Shown: positions 31,738 through 42,394, counted from the stretch's first letter. The stretch: 64,000 bases of DNA from Acidobacteriota bacterium (GCA_965209055.1 OZ242374.1:1664001-1728000), one strand, 5' to 3'. Program-made: numbers and translations. The notes: generated by a model not told the origin, from the letters alone.

Positions 31738-31790
31738 GAGAGGGGACATCCCTGTCCCCCACACTCCGGAGTCGGGGGCGACCAGCCCCC
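31737..31790. repeat. REP-like palindrome copy 2 (between convergent genes)
   Basis: GGGGACATCCCTGTCCCC plus CCGGAGTCGGGGG, similar to 6834-6890. Confidence 0.5.
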
Positions 31791-31801
31791 GCACCGATCC
31801 G

Positions 31802-33217
31802 CTACTCCCACCCCGGTTCGAACCCCCGGTCCCCGGGAATGACGTTCAACTGTCTCCGCAAGTCGAGGCAGGCTTCCTCCCAGCGGTCGAGTTCGTCCCT
31901 GAGCCGGGTGACGCCGCCGGGGACCGCCCCCCGCTGCAGGAGGTTGTCCAACTCGCCTGGATCACGGGTGAGGTCGTAGGCTTCATCGCCGTATTGGGGA
32001 TCCCGGATGTAGGAGAACTCCCGGCTCCGGCCGGCTCGAACCAGGGCGTTTCGCCGCCCCGAATTGAAGGTTCCGGTGGGGAAGGTGGACTGGAGATGTC
32101 CATGGTAGTCGCCCACCTGGGCATGGACGGCATCTCGCAACGGCCGTTCCGCTCCCCGGCTCACCCAGTCCATCAGGTCCCGGCCCTGCACGTAGTCGGG
32201 AACCGGAATGCCGGCCAGGGAGAGGAAAGTGGGGAAAAGATCCACCAGATCCACGAGGCCGGGGATCCGGATTCCCCGGCGGGCCGTCAGGTTCGTGGGC
32301 GGGCGGATCACCAGCGGGACGTGGGTCAGGCACTCGTACGGAACCTCGCACTTCTCGAAGAGTCCCTTCTCCCCCATGAAATCGCCGTGGTCGGAGGCGA
32401 AGACCACCCAGGTGTTCTCCAGCAGGTCCCGTTCGGCCAGGGCCTGGAAGACCCGATTCATCTGGTCGTCCACGTAGCGGATCATGCCGTTATAGACGGC
32501 CACCACCTTCTTGAGATCGCGTTCCGATGCCTCATCGGTCCTGACTTCCCTGAGGGCCTGGCGCTGCCAGGCGGGCCTCGCCCCGTCGTGGTCCATCACC
32601 GGGAGAACGACCTGGTCCGGGTCCACCAGGGAATCGTAGGGAGGAGGCACAAAATAGGAGGGATGGGGGTCGTTGAAGGAGAAGTGGAGAAAGAAGGGCA
32701 TGCGGGATCGTCGCGCCGTGTCGATCATGCGGATCGACCGGTCCGCCAGCAGCGCCGAATGTCCCTCCTCGGGAGCGCATTCGATAGCTCCGCACGACCA
32801 GCCCACGTCCTTTCGGCCATGCGAGTACTTGGTCTCCAGAGCGCGGGCCAGGGGCCCCGGCTCACGCAGGTCCACCTGCTCGTACCAGCCGCGGCTCAGG
32901 TTGCGCCCTTGCTCGAAATGACCCGCCACCGCCGTGTAGTAACCGGCTGAGGCGAAGAGCTCGGACATCTGAGGCAGGTTCAGAGGGGCCTTGTTCTGCC
33001 AGCAGGTGACCTGGTGGACCAGAGGGTGGACGCCGGTGAAGACGGAGGCGCGGCTGGGAGTGCAGATGGTGCTGGCGGCATAGGTCTCGGGAAAAGTGAT
33101 TCCTTCCGCGGCCAGGCCTCCCATGAAGGGGCAGGAGATCAGCGAGTTCCCCAGAATGGGGGCCGCCGAGGCCTTGAGTTGATCGGCGGTGATGTAGACG
33201 AGGTTGGGCTTGTCCAT
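31802..33217 (-). CDS. formylglycine-dependent sulfatase
   Basis: KPNLVYITADQ, CTPSRAS, SDHGD. Confidence 0.92.
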   Translation of the reverse strand: MDKPNLVYITADQLKASAAPILGNSLISCPFMGGLAAEGITFPETYAASTICTPSRASVFTGVHPLVHQVTCWQNKAPLNLPQMSELFASAGYYTAVAGHFEQGRNLSRGWYEQVDLREPGPLARALETKYSHGRKDVGWSCGAIECAPEEGHSALLADRSIRMIDTARRSRMPFFLHFSFNDPHPSYFVPPPYDSLVDPDQVVLPVMDHDGARPAWQRQALREVRTDEASERDLKKVVAVYNGMIRYVDDQMNRVFQALAERDLLENTWVVFASDHGDFMGEKGLFEKCEVPYECLTHVPLVIRPPTNLTARRGIRIPGLVDLVDLFPTFLSLAGIPVPDYVQGRDLMDWVSRGAERPLRDAVHAQVGDYHGHLQSTFPTGTFNSGRRNALVRAGRSREFSYIRDPQYGDEAYDLTRDPGELDNLLQRGAVPGGVTRLRDELDRWEEACLDLRRQLNVIPGDRGFEPGWE

Positions 33218-33261
33218 CGTCTTCAACTCGAGTGGACTCTGCCGGTCCTGTGAGCTTCCCC

Positions 33262-35037
33262 TCAATTCGGCACGATCCGATGGGTCGCCGTCGCCATCCT
33301 TCCGGTGAGACTCTGGCGGACTACGACGACCAGGTCGTGGGGCCCGTCCGGCGTGACACCTGCTGCCATGGGGACGAAGTGCTTGTAGCGGAGGAACTTG
33401 GCCAGGTCCTGCTGGTTGAAGTCCAGGTCGATCTTCTCGACGAAGTAGAAATTTTCCCCGACCCATTTCCCGGAGTCGTCGAAGAGTGCCCCGAACATCT
33501 CGATGACGCACTGGTTCTGTCCGCCCTGGGATCTGAAGATGAAGGCTCCGGTCGGGATTCGGGCCTGGACCTGCACTTGACCGTTCCGGTTCAGGACCTG
33601 AGTATCGACCGGAAAGTCCTGGAACAGATCGGGGAACTTGAACGCGTTGGCCAGATCGACGGTTTCGGCTTCCCTCGGGTCCTCTTCGACGTAACCTTCC
33701 CGGTACCGCAACCGGACGCCTCTTCTCTTGACCTTCACCTTGATCTTGTGGAACTTGCCCTTCTTCCGAATCGAGGTCGGTACGTATCCCATGAGGTAGT
33801 ACCGGCTGCCGTCCCGGTAGGCGCTGCGGATCGGGCGTTCCAGGTCGTTGTCGTCGGCGAACCAGAGCCCGCCGGTCTCCATGGAGAGGGAGGCCAGAAA
33901 CTGGTGGGGGGACGTAATGTCCTCGGTGGAATAGGTCGGGTAGAGATAGTTGGCCGAACCTCTGTGTTCAGGGTTGCCGATCGCCGGGACCATCAGCCCT
34001 CGGGGATCGATGCTGTACACCGAAACCTGGGCTCGATTGGCCTGGCGTACGGCCGACCCAAGCCGGTTGAGCAGGTGGGAGGCCTCGGAGGCTCCCGCCA
34101 TGTAGTTGCTGGCTGCCAGATGGATCAGGGTGATCTGTCCCGGCGAGTAGGTGATGGCTCGCTGGAAAATCAGGTGGCTGACAGTCCGCTTGGCGTCGAG
34201 AGGATAACCCTTGGAGAAGTAGATCAACTGCTTTCGTCCCGGCAGAGAGCCCAGATGCCGGGAGAGGGCGCCAATGGCGGCGCAGGTGAAGTCCACTTGC
34301 AGCTCGACCTTCACCAGGAGAGCGCGGCCGTAGTCCGCTGCTTCGGAGATGGCTCCATCCAGATTCGGATCGAGTCTCTGCTCTCCGGCCCCGGTCTGAC
34401 CGGGATCGAAAGTGTCCAGGGCTCCCGCTTCCATGCGGGCGAATGCATAGTCCATCTGCTCGATGAACTTGGCGATGCTGGTCTCCTCAAAATCCCTGGC
34501 GACCAGTTGGTCGAGGGTGGCGTCCAATCGGGAAATGTCGCTGGTGAAGGGCATTTCGACTTTAAACTGCGGCCGAATGCTGGCCACCATCACCTGGTCG
34601 GTGGGAGCCAGTTCGGAGCGGGCGAACCGTCGAATGGATTCCTTGACCCGTTCCAGCCCATGAAAGGACATGGACTGCAGGTCGAACAGGAAGACGAAAT
34701 AGCCCCTGTCCTGCGGGGTCGTGGGGAGGGTCCTGGCGGCGAGGGCCGGTGCCGGAACGGAGCCCGTTTCGACTTCCGAAACCAGTTGTTCCTCGGACCC
34801 GGCTCTCTTGCGCAGGTCGAAGAAGGTCAGGCGCTGGAGCTTGCCGTCCTCGAAGACCTGGATTTCCTCGGGTTTCAGGTCATGAACGAACTGTCCCCGC
34901 TTGTCGGTGACCACCAGGTCGACGAGGACGACCTCGGATTGGGCCCGGAAAGAGGGGACCGGCTCCTGCTGGGCATCGACGGGAACCAGAGTGAACCCCA
35001 GGAAACCGACGGCCCATGACAGGCGGCGAAATCGCAT
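33262..35037 (-). CDS. VWA-related acidobacterial-type domain protein
   Basis: VLVDLVVTDK.G..V.DL....F.VFEDG, PGRK.LIYFS.G, YSIDPRGL, ETGG, YY.MGY.P. Confidence 0.85.
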   Translation of the reverse strand: MRFRRLSWAVGFLGFTLVPVDAQQEPVPSFRAQSEVVLVDLVVTDKRGQFVHDLKPEEIQVFEDGKLQRLTFFDLRKRAGSEEQLVSEVETGSVPAPALAARTLPTTPQDRGYFVFLFDLQSMSFHGLERVKESIRRFARSELAPTDQVMVASIRPQFKVEMPFTSDISRLDATLDQLVARDFEETSIAKFIEQMDYAFARMEAGALDTFDPGQTGAGEQRLDPNLDGAISEAADYGRALLVKVELQVDFTCAAIGALSRHLGSLPGRKQLIYFSKGYPLDAKRTVSHLIFQRAITYSPGQITLIHLAASNYMAGASEASHLLNRLGSAVRQANRAQVSVYSIDPRGLMVPAIGNPEHRGSANYLYPTYSTEDITSPHQFLASLSMETGGLWFADDNDLERPIRSAYRDGSRYYLMGYVPTSIRKKGKFHKIKVKVKRRGVRLRYREGYVEEDPREAETVDLANAFKFPDLFQDFPVDTQVLNRNGQVQVQARIPTGAFIFRSQGGQNQCVIEMFGALFDDSGKWVGENFYFVEKIDLDFNQQDLAKFLRYKHFVPMAAGVTPDGPHDLVVVVRQSLTGRMATATHRIVPN

Positions 35038-35168
35038 GGCGGCAACAGAAAGGATTGCGAGTCCGTTCACAGAATACAGGCGGAACATTTTATCAGGCCC
35101 GGTCTTCTGATGACGCCGGGATTTTCCCGAGGTCCGCCTTTGCCGAAAAGCTCCGGTATACTCGAGTC

Positions 35169-35693
35169 GTGAGATTCATCTTTCCGGCCGTTCTGGCCTG
35201 GGTGGCCATATTGCCTGGAACGGTTTTGGCTCAGGATTCAGAACCGCCGATTTCGGCACGGAACTTTCTCTGGGTCAACCAGGATTTCTGCACCGCCGGA
35301 CAACCGACCCACCAGGACCTGATCCGGCTGAAGCAGAAAGGGGTCCAATCGGTCTTGAACCTGCGGACCACCGCCGAGGATCCCGGCGTGGCGAAAGAGG
35401 GAGCTGCCGTCAAGGCGCTGGGACTCAACTATTTCCATCTGCCGGTGGACTCGAGTCACCTGACTCCCAAGTTGGGAGACGAGTTTCTGCGGATCGTCTC
35501 GGACGAGTCGAACCGGCCTCTCTTCATCCATTGCGCCAGCGCCAACCGGGTCGGAGCGTTCTGGATTCTTCACCGGGTGGTCAACCATGGCTGGAGCCTG
35601 GCCGAGGCGGAGGAGGAGGCCCGGAAGATCGGCCTCCGGTCCCGGGAGTTGCTGGAGTTCGCCCGGAAATACCTGGAACGGGCTGGCCACTGA
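35169..35693 (+). CDS. tyrosine-phosphatase-like (DUF442-type) protein
   Basis: AGQPT, VLNLR, HCASANR CX5R motif. Confidence 0.8.
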   Translation: MRFIFPAVLAWVAILPGTVLAQDSEPPISARNFLWVNQDFCTAGQPTHQDLIRLKQKGVQSVLNLRTTAEDPGVAKEGAAVKALGLNYFHLPVDSSHLTPKLGDEFLRIVSDESNRPLFIHCASANRVGAFWILHRVVNHGWSLAEAEEEARKIGLRSRELLEFARKYLERAGH

Positions 35694-35710
35694 ATTCCTG
35701 GAGGTCTGAT

Positions 35711-38566
35711 ATGCGCTGGAATCTGGGGCTGACCTTGCTTTTTCTGTCTTGCGCCGTTGCGGCCCGGGGCCAGACCGGGCCCAAGATCTGGCAGGAATCC
35801 AGCTTCGAGGATTTCGCCGACGGCCGCTTCGGAGACGGCGGCGCCAACACCTACGTTTCGCGGCGGGGGCGCATCCAGTTGGTGAATCGGTGGGATCTGA
35901 ACCAGGACGGGTTCATCGACCTGGTCTTCTCCAACACGCATCCCCACAAGGAGAAGATGGACGCGGCCATCTACTGGGGAAACGGCAGGGACTTCGACGT
36001 GTCCCGGCGCTCCTTCATTCCCAACGACGGCGCCCAGTGGGCGGCCTCCGGCGATCTGAACGGTGACGGGCGGATGGATGTCGTCTTCCCCAACTATACC
36101 AACGGAACTTGGGACGGCATGGATTCGTTCGTCTACTTCGGCGGGATCGAAGAATTGAAGACCCGCCGCGACGATTCGGCGTGGGGTTTCCACCCCTTTT
36201 CCAGGAAGATCTCCCTTCCGTCTCGGGCGGCCCAGGGAGCCGCCGTCGCCGATCTGAACCGGGACGGGCACCCTGACGTGATTCTGGCCCTGTCCGCCGG
36301 GTTCTGGGAATACCGCGTCGGCTTTCGGGACGGCGGTTACGATTCACCGTCCCGGGTCTTCTGGGGGTCGGCGCAGGGACCGGACCGGGAGCGCTATGTG
36401 GACGTCCCGGCGCTGGGGGCCTCGGACGCCGCCGTCGCCGATCTGAACCAGGATGGATGGCCCGATCTCATTCTGGCCAACCAGGAGGACAAGGGGAACC
36501 AGGACATCGACTCCTATGTCCTGTGGGGAGGGGAGAAGGGTTTCAGTCCCCAACGCAAGGTGGATCTTCCGACCCATCAGGCCTTTGCCGTGGAACCGGC
36601 CGACGTGAACGGCGACGGCCGCACCGATCTGGTGTTCGCCAACGGGAAGGGACCGGCTTCGTTCGTCTATCTCAACGGCGAGGAGGGCTTCTCGGCCGAC
36701 CGGCGCCTGGAGCTTCCCACCAGCGACGCCCGGGACGCCGCCGTCGCCGATTTCAACGGCGACGGCCACCAGGACATCTTCTTCACCAATCACCAGTCCC
36801 ACGGAAACCCGCTCACCCATTCCTATCTGTACTGGGGCTCTGAGGATGGGTTCTCCGAGGACCGGCGCCAGGATTTCGAGACGGTGGGAGCGTGGGGCGC
36901 CTCGGCCGCCGATCTGAATCGGGACGGGCACGTGGACCTGGTCATCTCCAACTACAAGGAACACTTTTCGTTCGAGGTTCCCTCCTATATCCAGTGGAAC
37001 TCGGAAGAGGGGTTCGCTCCCACCCGCCGCACCTCCCTCTTCACAACGGGAGCGGTGGGCAACCTGGTGACCGACTTCGACGGCGACGGGCACCTCGACG
37101 TCCTCTTCAACAACACGGTGGCGCGAAGCCGGGGCGGGGACAGTCCCATTTTCGTCTATTGGGGAGATGCGCACGGCCAATACAGCGTCGATCGGCGGAT
37201 CTCGCTGCCCGCCGTCGATCCCTATGAATGGGGATCGGCGGACCTGGACGACGACGGCTGGACCGATCTGGTGGTCTCCAACTTCGGCGAGACGGTCAGG
37301 TGGCGCCAGGAAAGCCACATCTACTGGGGTGACAGGCAGGGGTTCCACGCCGGCAAGCGATCCGCCCTGATGGGACGCGGCAGCGCCGGCGTGAGCATCG
37401 CCGATCTGGACCGGGACGGATGGCTGGACGTGGTCCTGTCCAACGTCCCCAGTGAGGAGTTGGCGGAAACGGGAGCCTTCGTCTACTGGGGCGCCGGCGA
37501 AGGGTTCGTGGTTACCGAGCGGCTGGAGCTGGACAACGGACCCACCGGCATCCCCGCCATTGCCGACCTGAACCGGGACGGACACCTGGACCTCCTGTTC
37601 TCGGCCAACGCGGAGGGCGTCCCCATCTATTGGGGCGACGGAAGCCGGGGCTACTCCTCGTCGCGCCGCAGTATCGTGCCCGGATCGGCCGGCCTCCGGG
37701 GCGTGGAAGTCGCCGATCTGAATCGGGACGGAGTGCTGGACCTGGTGCTGAGCCGCTCCATCGAAGCGGGCTCCCGGGCGACCACCGGGTTCGTCTATTG
37801 GGGTGCGGGGGAGGGAGAATACTCGGCCGGCCGGCGCACCGAATTCGAGATCGAGGGGACCAACCTGATCACGGTGGCGGACGTGAACCAGGACGGATGG
37901 CTGGACCTGGTGTGCCCCAACTACAACACCGGATCGAGCCGGGCGACACTCTCACGGGTCCATCTGGGCGGACCCGACGGGTTCGACCCGAAGCGGATGT
38001 TCAAGCTGCCCACCAACTCGGGGGCCGGAAGCATGGTGGCGGACTTCAACCAGGACGGATACGCCGACATCCTCTTCGTCTGCCATCGTTCCGAGGGGGA
38101 TCCCAACCGGATCGGCTCCTTCGGCGATCACGTCACCAACTCCTTACTCTACTGGGGAGGAGGCGACGGCTTCCGGGCGGACCGCCGTCTGGAGATCCCG
38201 GTCCGCGGACCCCATAACGACTCGGGAGTGGACCTGGGCAACATCTACGACCGGCGTTTCGAGTTCGACTACGTCTCGTCGGCGCACTCGTTCTCGGAGG
38301 GCCGTCCGGCCAACCTGACCTGGAGGGCTCAGACGGCCCATGGCAGCCGGGTGCGTTTCCAGATCAGAACGGCCGAGTCGGAAGAAAAATTGGACGGCGC
38401 CGCGTGGCGGGGACCCGGCGGTCCGGCGACTTTCTTCGAGCATCCCGCCGCAATCCCGGATACGGACCCCTCACATGCGGTGATTCAATACCGGGCGACT
38501 CTCCATCCGGCCGCGACGGGAGTCGTATCGCCGATCCTGGAAGAAGTCGTGGTGCTGTTCCGGTAG
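35711..38566 (+). CDS. secreted FG-GAP/VCBS repeat protein
   Basis: many ADLNxDGxxDL Ca-binding repeats alternating with YWG motifs. Confidence 0.9.
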   Translation: MRWNLGLTLLFLSCAVAARGQTGPKIWQESSFEDFADGRFGDGGANTYVSRRGRIQLVNRWDLNQDGFIDLVFSNTHPHKEKMDAAIYWGNGRDFDVSRRSFIPNDGAQWAASGDLNGDGRMDVVFPNYTNGTWDGMDSFVYFGGIEELKTRRDDSAWGFHPFSRKISLPSRAAQGAAVADLNRDGHPDVILALSAGFWEYRVGFRDGGYDSPSRVFWGSAQGPDRERYVDVPALGASDAAVADLNQDGWPDLILANQEDKGNQDIDSYVLWGGEKGFSPQRKVDLPTHQAFAVEPADVNGDGRTDLVFANGKGPASFVYLNGEEGFSADRRLELPTSDARDAAVADFNGDGHQDIFFTNHQSHGNPLTHSYLYWGSEDGFSEDRRQDFETVGAWGASAADLNRDGHVDLVISNYKEHFSFEVPSYIQWNSEEGFAPTRRTSLFTTGAVGNLVTDFDGDGHLDVLFNNTVARSRGGDSPIFVYWGDAHGQYSVDRRISLPAVDPYEWGSADLDDDGWTDLVVSNFGETVRWRQESHIYWGDRQGFHAGKRSALMGRGSAGVSIADLDRDGWLDVVLSNVPSEELAETGAFVYWGAGEGFVVTERLELDNGPTGIPAIADLNRDGHLDLLFSANAEGVPIYWGDGSRGYSSSRRSIVPGSAGLRGVEVADLNRDGVLDLVLSRSIEAGSRATTGFVYWGAGEGEYSAGRRTEFEIEGTNLITVADVNQDGWLDLVCPNYNTGSSRATLSRVHLGGPDGFDPKRMFKLPTNSGAGSMVADFNQDGYADILFVCHRSEGDPNRIGSFGDHVTNSLLYWGGGDGFRADRRLEIPVRGPHNDSGVDLGNIYDRRFEFDYVSSAHSFSEGRPANLTWRAQTAHGSRVRFQIRTAESEEKLDGAAWRGPGGPATFFEHPAAIPDTDPSHAVIQYRATLHPAATGVVSPILEEVVVLFR

Positions 38567-38678
38567 GGGATTCGCTCCCGGCATCTGCAACCGGGGAGAC
38601 TCTACGATTTCCATCCGGAGACGGTGGGACTCGTTCTCAACGTGACTGATCTCCACAAAACCTCGGTACCGAAGTAGC

Positions 38679-39086
38679 CTACGCGCTTCGCGGTGTCACC
38701 AGTTTCACTGCAGGGAAGTAGGTCTGGTATCGCCTTGTGTCTCTGGTGAGAAGTGTCAGTCCTTGTGTCTCGGCGTGCGCGCCGATGTAGAAATCCGGCA
38801 GCGGCGATGCCCGCACACCTCCGGCTCGGCGATACTGGATAAAGGCTCTCGCCGCGAGGAATCCAGCTTCGTACGGTAGCTGAAAACGCACCAGCATAAG
38901 GGAGTTCAGGTAATGATCCAATTCTCTGGGATCGGTGAAAGAGACGGATGTCTCGGCGTAGATGATCGGGTTGATTCCAACGACTCCGGAGACCAGAGAA
39001 TCACGTATTGCGTGCTCCGACCAGGGACGCCAGACCGGGTCGTCCGAGAGGATGTCGAGCAATACGTTGGTGTCGACCAGAAACAC
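38679..39086 (-). CDS. vapC: VapC PIN-domain toxin
   Basis: LVDTNVLLD, PLPDFYIGAHA, LLTRD. Confidence 0.92.
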   Translation of the reverse strand: MFLVDTNVLLDILSDDPVWRPWSEHAIRDSLVSGVVGINPIIYAETSVSFTDPRELDHYLNSLMLVRFQLPYEAGFLAARAFIQYRRAGGVRASPLPDFYIGAHAETQGLTLLTRDTRRYQTYFPAVKLVTPRSA

Positions 39087-39317
39087 TCAGTCGTCCCCGC
39101 GCGTGAGCCGCATCACATCATCGGTACTGAGTCCTCTGTCCGCGACGCCGCGTGCGTCACGGAGGCGCTGCTCGATGAGAGCTCGTTTGCTCAACACGGG
39201 ACGAATCAACACTCCACCGTCGGACTCTTCGAAGGCCGCCTCCGTATTGGGGAGCAGTCCGAACTTCAGCCTGAATCGCTGGGGGATCGTCACCTGACCC
39301 TTGGATGTAATTTTCAT
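39087..39317 (-). CDS. vapB: AbrB-type antitoxin (VapB)
   Basis: MKITSKGQVTIP; immediately upstream of vapC. Confidence 0.88.
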   Translation of the reverse strand: MKITSKGQVTIPQRFRLKFGLLPNTEAAFEESDGGVLIRPVLSKRALIEQRLRDARGVADRGLSTDDVMRLTRGDD

Positions 39318-39349
39318 TGTAAGAGTATTACCAGCTATAGTCTTACAAT
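39316..39349 (-). promoter_or_regulatory. vapBC operator inverted repeat
   Basis: ATTGTAAGA-N16-TCTTACAAT abutting the start codon. Confidence 0.6.
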
Positions 39350-39455
39350 CAAGTCCCATCGAGTGATGGTGTATGCGGATCGGTGATGTCAGCATGCCTT
39401 TAGCGAATTTCGGATTATCGGATCGTGTGAAGGCAGAAAAAACCGCAATCCGCCG

Positions 39456-40499
39456 TCAGCCTTGAATCCCGTAAATCTCCATGGCGGTCCCGCCGCGAAT
39501 CTGGGCGATGTCGCTTTCGCTCATGTACGGGCACCGCTCCTTGATGTAATCGAACTGGTGCAGGTACTGCTCGACGGTGGGAAGGTCCACGTGGGTGTAC
39601 TCGGAGCCCCACATGAGCTTGGACGGGCCGAAGGTGTCGTAATACGCCTTGAGGACCGCATCTCCGGGGCCGTACATGTCGGACCGGTGCTGGAGTCCGG
39701 GGAGGATCTCCATGACCACGTTGTAATTCTTGACCAACTCGACGACCGCGTCAGGAATTCGGACGGAGCCGTCGTCCTGCACGCAGCTTGGCGGCCAGTA
39801 ACCATGAATGATGACCACCTTGAGATCCGGAAACTTCTTGAGCACGTTCAAGAGGCCTGGCCCCAGGGTCTTGAAGTTGTACGAATAGGAAGTGACGCAG
39901 GCGGGAACACCCAGTGACTGGACCAGTTCCCATTGAGGGTCGTAACGGGAGTGGTCGAAGTGGTGGAAGGGGTCGGGAGTGCCCCACTCCTTGGGGTCCA
40001 TCCCCATTTCCACCCTCTGCTCCGGCGGCCAGCAGTCGTAGTACCACCCCTTGAACCCCCATTCCTCGATGTGTTTCTGGATCAGCTTCAGCCCGCGGTC
40101 ACCGGGCAGCAACCGTTCGTCGATCTTGCTGATGGCGACGAACCGGCCCGGATGCTCCTTCATCATCCGGCGGTGGTACCGGTGCAGGTAGAAGGCGCAC
40201 TGGAGCACCTGCATGTCGATGCCGACGGAATCCATCAGGTAGAGGTTGTCCCGGGCGCCCATCCCGTACTTCCAGTTCTTCCTGTACTCGCCCTCCAGGT
40301 CCTGAATCTCAACCTGGCTGATGTGGCCATGCGCATCGATCTTCATGGGTGTGTCGTCTTTCCTGGTGTGACTTGAGATACCGGCGCTTCTCGCCTCGGC
40401 TCCGGCGAGGTGGGCCGCGGCGGCGGTCCCCAGGGCCTGGGCGGATCGGTGAAGGAAACCGCGGCGCGTCTGGCCGCCGTCAACTCGAGAACTGGACAC
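39456..40499 (-). CDS. amidohydrolase family protein, possibly Tat-exported
   Basis: TRRGFL, IDAHGH, FGPSKLMWGSEY. Confidence 0.8.
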   Translation of the reverse strand: MSSSRVDGGQTRRGFLHRSAQALGTAAAAHLAGAEARSAGISSHTRKDDTPMKIDAHGHISQVEIQDLEGEYRKNWKYGMGARDNLYLMDSVGIDMQVLQCAFYLHRYHRRMMKEHPGRFVAISKIDERLLPGDRGLKLIQKHIEEWGFKGWYYDCWPPEQRVEMGMDPKEWGTPDPFHHFDHSRYDPQWELVQSLGVPACVTSYSYNFKTLGPGLLNVLKKFPDLKVVIIHGYWPPSCVQDDGSVRIPDAVVELVKNYNVVMEILPGLQHRSDMYGPGDAVLKAYYDTFGPSKLMWGSEYTHVDLPTVEQYLHQFDYIKERCPYMSESDIAQIRGGTAMEIYGIQG

Positions 40500-40571
40500 G
40501 GGTCACCTCCTGGAATACGGAACGTCACTGGTCTGAATCGGAATGGAAGATACGGAATACGACGCTTCGCA

Positions 40572-42287
40572 TCAATATTCCGGGCGGAGTTCGCGGCGGG
40601 AGTCCGATTGTCCGCCTCTCTGACCGGCGGTCCTGACCCATCCCTGCGGCCGGAGCACGACGTCCAGGAAACTGGTCCGATCATTCTGAATCATGACCAA
40701 TTTCGGTCGAAACGTCACCAGTTCCGTCTGGGTCATCTCGGGGCGCGAATAAAAGCTCAAGGAGTAGAGGCCCGTTGGGATTCCTTCAAGGATGAATCGG
40801 CCCTCCTGGGAAAAGCTCCGGAAGATCCCCAGATCGAAACCATCCTTCCTCAATACGATGGTGAAATCCCGCACGGGGTTGCCATCCGTGTCGGCGACAT
40901 TGCCCTCGATCCGTCCTCCGCCCTTGACCCGAAGATCGATGTTGGACTGATAGGCGCGGATCACCTTGGCCTCGGTGATACCGAGTCCCACATGAAGGGC
41001 CGTGGCGTAGATGCGAAAGGGATATTCGCTGGCCTGGTAGGTCTGTGTCGGCTCAGATCTGTCGATCTTCCGGGTGACCGGGGAGACGACGCCCTTGCCG
41101 CTCTCCAGGGCGGTCCCGATCACGAAGGGATTCGCCACGGATTGTCCCTTGCTGTCATAGACGCGCACCGTGAAGCGCCGATACTTCTTGAATTCCTCCA
41201 GGACGGGAAAGATCTCGGTGTCCTGAGTCACCTCGTGGGTCTGCCAGTAGGTCTTGTGTCCCTTGATCTTGACCTCCAGTGTGACGTCGCCTGGAGGCAA
41301 AATGAATTCGAAAAAGCCGCCGCCGCCAGTTGTGGAGTCGGCAAATCCCATTCGTCCGGAATTGGCCTTGACTGCCAGGTCAACGGTTGCGCCGGAGAGA
41401 GAATGTCCATCCCCGTCCGAAACCCGGCCCGAAAGCCGGACCAGCTCGTCCAATTCCGTCACGACGATTTCGAGAGGCGACGAAGTGGGAACCTGCACGT
41501 CGTCCTCAAACGGCTCGTGGGAAATCGAGTGAACGGAGAGTCGATAGGTGCCCTCCGGTATCTCCAGAGAGAAGGAGCCGGCCTGATCGGTCTCGGAATA
41601 GCCCGGTATCCCCATTCTTCTCAGGTAGCGGTTCCGGATCTGGACCGGCGCAGTTGGGGATTCTGTCGGGTCCGAGGAACGGACATTGCGCCTCCCGCGT
41701 GGAATGTCCAAAGAAACTTGAGCCCCCGGAACGCCGTGGCCTGCACTGTCACGGACCGATCCGGTCACGAGTAACCCCGGCGGATTCCTGGGGGTCAGGA
41801 GAACGGTGCACCGTGACTCCGATCCTTCGGCGGCGAAGCCGACATGGTCGGGAACGTACGCGGGGTGGTTGGCCCAAACCCAGTACTGGCCGCGGTCCAG
41901 CTCGAAATAGGCCCTTCCATCGGATCCGGTCTGTTCCGACAATTTCTTGGATCGCGACCACACTTGTGCGACCTGAACCGAGGCTTCCGGCAAGGGAGAC
42001 TGCGTTTCTTCGTCGACGACCAATACCTCGAGGCGGGTGGGTGCATCGGTCCATTCGCCCGATCTCTTCGAGGTCCGGATTGGCGGAACCCCGCGGGCCC
42101 TGCCGATTCCGCTGCCGTCTGGCAGTCGCGGAGGCTGTACGCGTCCATCTTGTGAAATCCGGGCTTGGCCGCCGGAGTGAGAAGCCGATTTCGGCGCGGA
42201 GTCCCGATTCTGATGGTCGATTCGGAAGAGCAGAAAAACCAGAATGACTGCCGCTGCAAGCAGGAGGAGCCAGCGGGCTGGACCCAT
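40572..42287 (-). CDS. membrane-anchored carboxypeptidase-regulatory-like (Ig) repeat protein
   Basis: N-terminal TM and repeated G.V.D.DG.P..GA.V / TD..G.F units. Confidence 0.75.
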   Translation of the reverse strand: MGPARWLLLLAAAVILVFLLFRIDHQNRDSAPKSASHSGGQARISQDGRVQPPRLPDGSGIGRARGVPPIRTSKRSGEWTDAPTRLEVLVVDEETQSPLPEASVQVAQVWSRSKKLSEQTGSDGRAYFELDRGQYWVWANHPAYVPDHVGFAAEGSESRCTVLLTPRNPPGLLVTGSVRDSAGHGVPGAQVSLDIPRGRRNVRSSDPTESPTAPVQIRNRYLRRMGIPGYSETDQAGSFSLEIPEGTYRLSVHSISHEPFEDDVQVPTSSPLEIVVTELDELVRLSGRVSDGDGHSLSGATVDLAVKANSGRMGFADSTTGGGGFFEFILPPGDVTLEVKIKGHKTYWQTHEVTQDTEIFPVLEEFKKYRRFTVRVYDSKGQSVANPFVIGTALESGKGVVSPVTRKIDRSEPTQTYQASEYPFRIYATALHVGLGITEAKVIRAYQSNIDLRVKGGGRIEGNVADTDGNPVRDFTIVLRKDGFDLGIFRSFSQEGRFILEGIPTGLYSLSFYSRPEMTQTELVTFRPKLVMIQNDRTSFLDVVLRPQGWVRTAGQRGGQSDSRRELRPEY

Positions 42288-42318
42288 TTTTCGCCTCCGG
42301 ACGGTTCTTCAAAGGAGT

Positions 42319-42394
42319 TGGAGGCGGCGACCGGATTCGAACCGGTGAATGGAGGTTTTGCAGACCTCTCCCTTAGCCACTTGGGTACGCCGCC
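42319..42394 (-). tRNA. tRNA-Cys (GCA)
   Basis: GGCGGCG/CGCCGCC acceptor, U73, loop CTGCAAA, TTCGAAT, CCA; TATAAT at 42408-42413. Confidence 0.97.

Noticed and set aside
35900-38060. recurring GCCGATCTGAA(C/T)CGGGACGG repeats as a CRISPR array
   Set aside because: they encode FG-GAP ADLNRDG motifs within one ORF; spacing is irregular and there are no cas genes
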